Origin: Eledone cirrhosa
Taxonomy: Eukaryota
Assembly (NCBI GenBank): GCA_964016885.1
Contig: OZ024743.1
Coordinates: 273,420,001 to 273,484,000 of the forward strand
Reading direction: 5' to 3'
DNA length: 64,000 nt
Positions within the stretch are counted from its first letter, which is position 1, and every line of letters begins with the position of its first letter. A model generated the notes under the pieces. It did no database searches, was not told the origin of the DNA, and saw only the letters and a program-made list of their open reading frames with translations. This document shows positions 53,561-64,000 of the stretch, in pieces. A program made the position numbers and the translations under genes.

Positions 53561-56093
53561 TTTATATAACAATCTGGACGTGAATGGATACCATCTTCTC
53601 TTTGCAATCAAATGTGTTCGTGGCATATTGGGAACAGCACGATGTATCATAGGTTTATGTAGTCGTAAATCATGTGGGGGAAATCGGGTAGACAATACAT
53701 ATAAGGAAACCCGTACGATAGACTCTATCCGTAATACAAAGGGTCAGCATTGTCCCAAAATTTGCCATGCTGAATCTTCCGCTTGATGGATTTCCTCGCT
53801 GGTTCGTTAGCTACAACATGTATCTGTGTGATGTGTCAACGAGCGAATATCTAGGCCTTCCTGGAGCAGCCAAAATAATAGACAAATACACTTAAACACA
53901 CTTGTTGAAAAAGATAAGTACATATAGCAGGAGAAGATGCAGACTCTTACATCTTTTTATCTAAAGGGATAGGATGCCTCATTTTCTGGAAAGCTGGAAC
54001 ACTCATTATCAAATAGGAAGATCCATGAGATTCATTAAAACATTGTTTACGCTTTTCATTCATCTTATTTCTCAGTTTACTTCAAAATGTCCAGTTGCCT
54101 GAAACATTTGTGTCATGTTTGTCAAAAGACTGTCTACCTTATAAGGTTTCCATATATCACGTTTAAATATCGGGATTAAATGTTGTGTGTAAATAACATG
54201 TTTAAATATCGTATTGAAAAGCCATATAGATAGCGTCTTTAATTATCAGATGAATAGCATGAAGGTAATTCGCATAAAGTGTATTTTTACTGTGTTTAAA
54301 ATTCAGCGTTAAAAGATCTCATAAATAGCGTGTTTATGTATCCTGAGTAGATGATCACGTTTATGTACAATGTTTATATACCATACCTAATTCCTACGCT
54401 TGTATATCTTGTTCATTCATCATACTTATTTATATGCAATATTTATACAATATCACCAAGTGTGTCCTTATCTGAAAAGCTATTTACTTTACACGGTGAA
54501 TAATCTATAAATTACTACCGTTTATCGTTTAGTATAAATTTATGATTTCCCATATTATGAGTACATTTTAAATGTAAATGTTACCATGCTTTGTGATTTA
54601 AGTGGTTCTTAAATAGAATCACGCATTCTTGCAGTCTGTTGATTCTTAATGGAATTTAACACGAATTTTACAACAAGCATTCACATTTCCATTACATATT
54701 TATTGTGCTTCAACTATCTCTTTCCCTACTCCCTCTTCCGCATAGGCATCTCACTAAGATTGTTAATTTACAGGTATATACACTTTGGAAAACAGTTTAG
54801 AATGTCTGTGCATGCACACATACATACACACACTTATTTCTACTTCTAAATGTATACCTATGACCTACATCGCCAACGCTCATGATCGCTCGCACTTTTA
54901 CTTAGATAATACTACAGAAACATGGAGATCATCGTGTGTAAGTGTAAATCGTCAGATTTGTAAATTCACAATAAATGTGTAGTCGGTGCCCGTATAGTAA
55001 AACCTAAACGAAACATATGTTTAATATTCAAAGAATTATGATAATTATTTGATGATATAGAATTATTTTCATAATACAATATTTATGTCATCACATCATA
55101 TTTGAATCGAAGAAAAGGTATCATAACCTGGGCGTAAGTAGTAATGTGTGTGTGTGTGTGAGTGTTTGCGAGAGCAGTTCAGAGCGTAAGTATGGGCGTG
55201 TGTGGATATCTGGGAAGTCTTATGTTTAGTTACGTGTGACTGTGTATATGAGTAGGAGTATATTTGTATGTGTATATGCATATTTATACGTGCCTGTCTC
55301 TCGGAAGGGTGTAATGTTACCCTGTTTCGCATATACGCAGTGTACTTCAGTCTATGAGATATTTTGACATATGAAATCTTTGTACAGATAGATAGCAATT
55401 GTATTTTCTGTAATGTTAAATGCAGGATTCAATTTAGGCCATTCTTTAAGTTTAAAACCTTTACAACTGCTAAAGCGCAAATATTTCAATTCGCTTATAA
55501 GATTCTGCCATGTAGATGCTTGTGTTTCTACTTGAATAATCATTTGACGCCATTGAACACTATACGGAAACTTTACGAATATTAGATACAAGAAAAGTCG
55601 GAACTCAAGATTAAATATGGTCGGTTACAATTACACAGAAAGTTATTTTCTATCAAGTTACGTTTGTGGCTTTATCGGAAAGTTCTCACTGGGTGTATAG
55701 ATATAGCCACTCACATCGCAAAACATAACTACACCCCAGAATGTATACAATGCGTAACATTGATCTAAGTATTCATTGGGTTTATTGTACTACCTAAAAT
55801 AGTGAAAGGTCAGAGAAGCGATGGTATAGTAGGAACTTTGTTTCAGTCTGGTTGTTGTTTCAGAAAACGCTCAATACTGTACAATCCGGGTTACATTGAG
55901 AGATTTAGCTTTCATGATGCGGAAATCAAATTCGTAAGCAACCAACGTTTATCCTCCAGTCCCATTCTGAAATTTTAAAAAAATGGTTTCATGTTCACTC
56001 ATTTGAGGACGTATTGCAAGGCTATTTCTCACGGAGACAGTCTGTTGTTTTAAATACTGTTTGCCTTTGTTCTTTTTACGGGAGTATATTAAT

Positions 56094-56247
56094 CGTTTCT
56101 ACGTTAGGAACAAGGCCATAAATTACCCAGTGCATTACTGGTACTTTATTTTATCGACCCTGTAAGGATGAAAGGCAAAGTTAACCAACGGCCGTAACTC
56201 TATACGTCAAAGCATGGCGTCCGACCCTCTACCAATACTGCCAATCC
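56094..56247 (-). mobile_element. SINE family A with internal deletion (B box lost), 16-bp TSD
   Basis: acgggagtatattaat at 56078-56093 and 56248-56263. Confidence 0.85.
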
Positions 56248-56978
56248 ACGGGAGTATATTAATGTTATGCGGTTAGCTTAGAAATAAGCTACCTACAACA
56301 TCACTCTTTCGTTTACTGTTTTAAAGTATATGCCAAAAAACATGTTTCGTACGAGAGCCTATATAACCCACCAATATAAACCTTCGCTTCAAAAACCTAT
56401 GGCTAGTACATTTGAAGCAACACTGATATGTCTAACTAACATATAGAGACAGTGTGTTGTGGTCAATTTAATGCAGTGAGTAGTGGAAGGAAAATTGCAT
56501 CTGGATTTTCACATTTCACCTCCTTCATGTGTCGAGGCTGTTGGCTAGATTTAACATCCAACAGAGAATCCCATTCGACACTTTTCCTTAAATTCATGCG
56601 CTTAAAAGATATCACATCTCCATTGGTACAAATATACAAAACAGATAATGTCCATATACAATCAATTGTTTATATAAAATATTTATAACGACTGTTGCTA
56701 GCAAAGAATGAATACTCTTTGCGATTTCTTCATTAGAATATCTGTGAGCATGTAAGATTGCTTATGATCCTAAATGGAATTTCCAACTACTGGACGAACA
56801 GCACCAGTGAAATACCTTGACAGGAACATATTTAAGTAATTGATCCACTGAACCATCCTTATTCAATTTGCCGATGGTACCATAACGAGGATATGGAGTT
56901 ATGACGACACTACACGAAAGGTTACATTTATTTTACACAAAATATCAACTCATTCAACATGTATTTATAATGATTTAT

Positions 56979-57025
<47 letters not shown>

Positions 57026-57027
57026 GA

Positions 57028-57059
<32 letters not shown>

Positions 57060-57069
57060 TGCATATATA

Positions 57070-57156
57070 AGGAAGAGAAATTGAAAATGCAGTTGGAGTC
57101 TTTTAAGAATACTTATTTATTTACTTTACCGGTTTCACAGTTCTGATGGTTTTCAT
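57070..57156 (-). mobile_element. Solo pLTR tail related to the Neptune-type element at 47690-47790
   Basis: Reverse complement: gaactgtgaaaccggtaaagtaaataaata...agactccaactgcattttcaatttctct. Confidence 0.7.
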
Positions 57157-57188
57157 ATTAAAATCAAGGATTTGAAGACAATTCATTT

Positions 57189-57262
57189 TCACCTGACGAG
57201 ATTAGTGATAATCGATCATGGCTACACGATCGATCTATCTCTGATTGAAATATGTGTCGTGA
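57189..57262 (+). ncRNA. Type I hammerhead in the 5' pLTR, predicted cleavage after 57258 (GUC)
   Basis: tcac CTGACGA gattag...tcgatc..gatcga...ctgatt GAAA t-atgt-g TC gtga. Confidence 0.75.
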
Positions 57263-60249
57263 TTAAAATGATTGGAAATTTATACCATGCCTTCGGATCT
57301 TTATTTTGATGCAAATACTCCGTTTTACATCATCTAGCTGTTCCTATAAATGGAACAGGAGATATACAAAAGCGTGGAGAACTTAATATTGCTAACAAAA
57401 ATTGTATTGGACCGTTTGACACAACCAATAATACACCTTACTGTATAACAACTCAAAGCTCCTAATTCTGTTGAGCACTTAATGCTGTTAAGCAAGGAAT
57501 ATGATGGAGAAATTCTCGGTGAACTCTTCGCTCAAGGACATCCCTTTGCCTAGCATGAAATAATTCACAAGGTTGGCCATAGGTAAATTGGACTCCTTTG
57601 TCCGTAGAATGCGTTGGAAGGCCTTCCACTTCGACAGAGGAACACCAACAAACCACCCCAGGGAGGGAACGCGCGGCATCGAGGGAAAATTCAAATCCAG
57701 AAGAAACCCACCGCACAATAAGTACCTGGAGAAATCCGAGATTGAAATGTCTAACATAGTGTCCAATCTTAAGTTTAGGAAAAACCCACTCAGGGGAAAA
57801 AAGCTACTTAAGAAGCCTGAACGTTGATCTAGGAAAACGAAGGAACTCGATCGGCATTCTGGTGCACGCAGATAAAACTAACAACCTGTACGAAATGAAT
57901 AGAGTAACCTATGACGACTTGATATTCAGAGAACTTAGAAAAGGCTACAAAAAAACTACACGGGCCAACCTGGATTTAATCAACACGGAGGCCAAACACT
58001 GGGTATTGAAGATAAAACCGAACCAGAAAAATCCTGTGGTATAACCCACCTTACTCCACTGGCCTGACCAATAGTATAGCTAAGATTTTTCTTTAGGGCC
58101 TTAGACAAATGCTTCCCTAGATCACACAGATACTATAAAATATTCAATAGGAATAACATTAAGATGTCCTATTCCACAACCAGTAACATAGCTCAGAATA
58201 TAGCTAAGATGAATTATAGTAGACTTAGGACAGCCCAAGGGGGGATGAGACATGGCAGAACTAATGGCAGCTCTATGGATGAACGGACTCATACACATGA
58301 GGTGAGTCGGGTCACCCCAACTCCTAGGAACTTACCCATAGAGCAGACAAGAACTGAGACTCGACTCCAGAGGTACCGTGGTTCCTCTGGAACTACTCAG
58401 GTCGATAACAGAAAATGTAATTGCAGGAATGCCTCGCCAAAAACATAGTCTACGACTGTAAGGTCTCCACTTTAGATAGAACCTTCAGGTATGTTGGTTC
58501 AACTGCCACTGGATTTAAGGATAGATGATATAATCACCACCATACCTTTAATAGATTAGATAATAGAAATAGCACGGCGCTTTCTGGATTAGTCTGGAAG
58601 TTTAAACAACAGAATATAGAGCACTTCTTATCCTGGTCCATAATTTGCTCAGCCCAGCAATATAACGGCAGCACTGGCATTTGTAATTTGTGTATAGCTG
58701 AAACCTTTAATATTATTAGCGGCGGCCCCCTATTAATCAATAGGAGAGCGGACCTTTTCAGCAACTGCCAACTTAGAACCTCGAAAACCTTCCGTAGGAT
58801 TTTTGGAAAGTAACCTACCACTAACACCGCCATCTCTACCTTAGCCATAGAGTTATCTCAATTAGCAAACAAAAAAACAGACAATCACACACTCGGGTAG
58901 TTAGACAGCGAAGTCTTTTTGCGCACTTTAAAATGGTACTCGGCCTGTTTCCACAGAGTTCTCACAGCTGAGTGCACATTATAATAACTAGTTAGTAAAT
59001 AGTTAGAAAGATTACACACTCAGGTAAGACCGATTACTCGCATTGACCATTACTTTAGGATACCCTAACCATTGAGTTCTCTCGATTAGGATATAGCTAG
59101 GCGTATTACACACTCAGTTAAGACTAATTACGCTATCTATACATAACTATACACACAGTACCCGGTTTCTTTTGACACTGAGTTCCCACAGTTATTACTG
59201 GTCACATTCCTTTCGATTGAACACTACACTAGGTTTTGATCCGTGATCATATAACCAAGGAGTGCTCACGGTTACAGATTGGACAATAATACTTACACAC
59301 CATTAATGGGCCTACACACATTCTCTAGGTCTTGCTATTATTTGTTATTTTATTTTGCCTTTTGTGTTGGATAACACACCTCCACCACTCAAACACCTAT
59401 CTTAAAAGCCCAAGGGCCGATATGACGGGCAATCGCACATACTGACACCTTAACCCAAGTACCCAACCCTACACAGAGCCGCATGGTGGCCTACATAGCG
59501 GTTACTTGCATGCACAGATTTGGGGACTCAGATTCTCAATGGGACAACAGCACATACTGAGTTCGATATGAGCTGACTACTTGCTCTTCACAGGGATGTG
59601 TATATACCTAAACATACACTTTTTTGGACGATACGGAGGTGTATATATACCATAACATACACTATTTGGAAATACGGATGTTACAATTCAATCTATACAG
59701 GTATAGCAGAACATTGAACTGAACTTACTTGCGTGTGTATAGGGTTGCGGTTGACCCAATTTTTCCAATTTACATCGTCAAATTAAGATTTGACCAATAT
59801 AACATGTGTTGTTTTGTAAACTAACTTTCGGTGAATACTATGTTGGTTTATTTGTATTTTTATGTTTTATTTAACCGCATGTCGGTGTGTGTGAGTGTGT
59901 GTGTGTGTACTCACTCACACTAACTGTGACCGTCTATAGTTCTACAGACTTGATGCTGTGTTGGTATGGGTATATATATTTTTTTCTTTGATCTCGCGTC
60001 ATGTATGTGTGGGTGTGTGTGTACTCACTCACATTAACTGAGACCGATTATAATTCTACAGATTTGATTGATGTCCAGCATCTTTTACAGCTAATAGTGA
60101 GATAGAGACTTGATAGTTTTGTGACCCTAACTGGGGACGATAGCAGTCGCCGTCTTCTGGCTGCTTGATCTTCATATGAGGGACTAAACTCTGTCATTGA
60201 ACACCGTTAATTTTCTCCCTCATATCAATGATTTGAAGACAATTCATTT

Positions 60250-60323
60250 TTACCTGACGAGATCAGTGATATTCGATCATGTCTACACGATCGATCTATC
60301 TCTTATTGAAACATGTGTCGTGA
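60250..60323 (+). ncRNA. Type I hammerhead in the 3' pLTR, predicted cleavage after 60319 (GUC)
   Basis: ttac CTGACGA gatcag...cttatt GAAA c-atgt-g TC gtga. Confidence 0.7.
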
Positions 60324-60371
60324 TTAAAATGATTGGAAATGTATAGCATGCCTTCGGATCTTTATTTTAAA

Positions 60372-60642
<271 letters not shown>

Positions 60643-62949
60643 GAGAGATAGAGAGAAAGACTGACTAAATGAATTTATGAATGATACAGCTACAGCATAT
60701 ATATGCATACCCGTCGAAATGGATCGATACGATGTGAATGTGGATTTTGATGCTTCGCAAGCATGTATAGTAAAAGCGCAAATTATTCTCTCTAGAGAAT
60801 ATTAACTCTGAATTTATCAGTTCATTACAATAACCATTTAGGTATGGATAAATATAATAGTCTTTCAAGAAACTATTTCATTTTCACATTAGGACATCTA
60901 AGAAATTCTATAATTTCAGGATCATTACTACAACGTATTGATAATGTTGATACATGCAGAAGCAATTGTTACCAGCACATCAAACAGGATAGGATTTATA
61001 TAATCAAAGATTGATTTCAGAAGAAACTATCGATTTCTATCTTAATCACAAGGTCGCAAATTTTGATTGAGAAGAATATTCGATTAAATGGATGATAGTA
61101 TATGAAGTGGGACATATCTTATAATAAATGAACGTGTGAAAAATGAAGTGGATCTTGGTAGGCTTCGAACATAAGAGACGGTATCCAATATTAATTGATA
61201 TTTTCTCCAAGCACTGGTGATTCTCTCAACCGCGATTCAATGTCAGTAAATCTATTCTTGAATATTGAAATAAATACAAAATCACAATTTTTGTGGCGAG
61301 AGCTATGACCGATTCACAGTATTTTAGTGGTTCTTACAATCCGTGAAAAAATGAAATTCAACATTGAATTTAATAAGATTCAAAATCCAAACGTAAAGAA
61401 GCGAAAATTTATAGCTCACAATATTTTGTCTGATATTTAGATTGATTTATAATTTCCTAATATCAAAATAGTCTTAGGGCTTTATATTATTTCTTGTTGC
61501 TTTATGTATTTGTGATATTTTGTAAATTGCATATAACGCAGTTTTCGGTATGAGTTAAACAGTGAGGAACAACTTTCTGCACAGCATTTTCATGAAGCTT
61601 TCAATGACTGATAGCAACAATAAAGCCAATTCTGAGTCTAATATTTTGCATATCAATAACTGAATGTAAATTATGGACGTAGAATTAATTAGGATCTGGA
61701 GAGAATATTTGTAATGATTAGGTGGCGTCGTTAAAGTAAGCGGCGTGTTACGTATACTATAAAGCTGTAAATCATATATTTAGTTTTCTATATGAAAACC
61801 GTTGTCTTCGCTCGGGTTTAACCACGGTGATCGCGCTATATACAACTGCTTAAATCGGCCCATCAATCATTGTGTTAGTTATTATGATCATATTGGATTT
61901 ATATGTAATTAGAGATATTTATATGTAATTAGAGATATTTATTAATATGTTCAGGAATTCAAATGAATTGAGACGTGCTTCTCGGAATCTCATCTGCAAT
62001 TTCAATATGTACTTTCGTGTCTTTACAAGCAACCTTTCTGTTAAAGATAATGAAGACCTGATATCAATTAGGCGCTAAGGATATTATAGAACATTTTGTA
62101 TTGTTATTCCTCTTAAGATTTACTAATAAAGACCATTCTCGTATTCTTATTTCCTTTAAGATTTCCTAATAAAAATGCATGATACGCAAATTTCCAATTA
62201 TAAATAATGTAAAGCTGCATCAACCCAGTGTTTCATGTTATTTAATATTTCTGATGTTACATACACACCACTGAAACGTTTTCATTGAAACTACACTTGA
62301 ATTCCAGGAAAGATTCGGACGTTAATAGTTGTCAGTCAAATTTAAAACTTGAGATCCATATATATATATATTAAAAAATTCCAAAGTCTAAGCTTGTAAT
62401 ATTAATTTTTTTAATGTTTTTACTAACATTAAATATGATATAATTAAATCTCCAAAGTAAAAATACAGCAAAAATACTTAAATAATTATTATAATAAATT
62501 CTTTATCTGTGATAGTAAATACTGTAGATGTTTTTGGTTGCCATGGACTCCAGTTATAGATTTTATGTCACATTACTCCGAGTATTATTTCTTCTTCATG
62601 TCCAGATGATTTCCTTCTGATTTTCGTATTCTCAATATTTTCTCGTTTCCCCAATCTTCCAGGTCAACAGTGATTCTATGATTATGGATACACTGTATTT
62701 CATTCTTGTATTTACTCAAATTAGCTCACTTTTTAGAGTATTCTTCCATCGTTGTGGTCTATTTAATAACAGCTGGGCCAGAGATATGCTGGGGCTCATC
62801 ATGCAAAGAGAAAGGGATGTTACCTTTCATATTGAGGATCTGCTACATGAGGGCTGAGTTTACAAGAATTGAGTGCTAGGAGGAATTTCAAACAACAAAT
62901 TTCCAGAGGGTCAAAAAACTGAGTATGGTATTGTGTGCGGTTTTAGTGT

Positions 62950-63900
62950 ATTGGTTTGAATACAAGTGACAGGGAATGGAAAGATATCGGACGTGCGAGT
63001 ATCTGCAAGGAAGTGGCTCGAGAAGGAGAGGCTAGTTTATAAGAGGTAGAAAAACCAGAGAGTGGAGAGGACATTTGTTTGTCCAATCTTCATATGCAGT
63101 TTTTATTGACTTCATGTTAATCAGTTGATTGACATTTTGGTCGAATGCAGTATAATGTTCCTGGGCTGGTAGAAATACATATCGGGTCACTCACAGGAAT
63201 TAATAATTATTATGGGATGAAGTATTTTTGCATTAAATATGAGTGCCGGTGTTTTTAATACAGATTATTTGCTATAATGTGTATGTGCGTTCGCTAGACC
63301 GATATTCAGAAACTGTTATATTCGATACAATATTCTTTGTTTGGGCATGTTTTTGGCACATTTGCTGTTGAAAACTGTAAACATAAACCCATTTAAGGAT
63401 TTTGGGGTGATCTTTGCTGGAATTTATGCATAGGTGTGAAGTTGGTATGTGGAGCAAACATGACTGCAGAATGCGTGAGGAATGAAGTGTAAAATCTAGG
63501 TCATAGTGGACGTTTGTGTATAGAAAGAGGGATATGTGACAAATATTCAAACTGTTGGTGACACCATATTTACTAATGCGGTTCAGGAATAGCTCTTATC
63601 ATGATAGTTCAATCTTTCAGGAAGCCATAGCCTCAAAACAAGATAGGTAGGGTTGTCAGGAGAGAGGAATGCTGGGCAAGTTGAAAGGTGTGCTAATGTC
63701 GAGGATAATCATACTGCCTCCACTGAATTTCTTGAGGACGAGATTTTCTCACGTTGATAGAGCTTCACCACAGAGTCGACTATCATCATCACCTTTAAGA
63801 TTATTGGTGGGGTTGTGACAGAATGGCAGTTAGCAGAATGACCAAAATGAACTTGAGACAAACTAGCGTTTTTCAAAAGAACGGAATATATAAGAGTAGG
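62950..63900 (-). pseudogene. Very old PLE RT remnant (tentative)
   Basis: YTNVHY..LDFT.HSS..QSC..IP.S resembles the PLE thumb motif T.VY.K..YL.F.S.HP...IP.S; heavily decayed. Confidence 0.3.
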
Positions 63901-64000
63901 GAAATATTAAAGCGTTGTATGAGGCTATTTGTGAGTAATGAACATTTCAGGGCAGGTGCCTTTGTTGGTATGACGTCTGTGGAAGTACATGCCGAAATGT

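Larger units (their letters stand above)
57163..60368 (+). mobile_element. Naiad-type PLE with direct 145-bp pLTRs and the RT core deleted (non-autonomous)
   Basis: Repeats 57163-57307 and 60224-60368; N-terminus SLKDIPLP..FVRRMRWKAFHF, HADKTNNLY jumps near 58020 to ILWYNPPYS; then CNCR, IVY..YVGST, CNLC.AE. Confidence 0.88.

Noticed and set aside
58845-59200. CRISPR-like repeat-spacer array
   Set aside because: Repeats are short and degenerate, the spacers are themselves related, there are no cas genes, and the context is a eukaryotic retroelement UTR.

Overview
AT-rich, microsatellite-dense eukaryotic DNA. The SINE types and the (TA)n/(CA)n load suggest a cephalopod such as Octopus; this is an inference, not proven. 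Host coding is almost absent: one convincing exon (8285-8481) and a possible microexon. The rest is intron-like DNA filled with transposons: a near full-length decayed Tx1/L1-type LINE (about 11.6-16.65 kb), a decayed Helitron (about 19.7-23.9 kb), two tRNA-derived SINE families, and a dense cluster of Penelope-like retroelements (PLEs). The PLEs comprise four Naiad-type families, one Neptune-type element and many solo terminal-repeat (pLTR) fragments. The main signal is the PLE architecture. Insertions from about 160 bp up to a 5.2-kb near-perfect palindrome (38408-43586) share one head-to-head fold-back plan with one long and one short 3' tail. They sit in (TA)n arrays and carry about ten minimal type I hammerhead ribozyme motifs, including a U3-A8 core variant and one split by a SINE. 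Several tails also share a (T)TGAGT(G/A)C motif. All hammerheads were folded by eye. Most listed ORFs are microsatellite artefacts.
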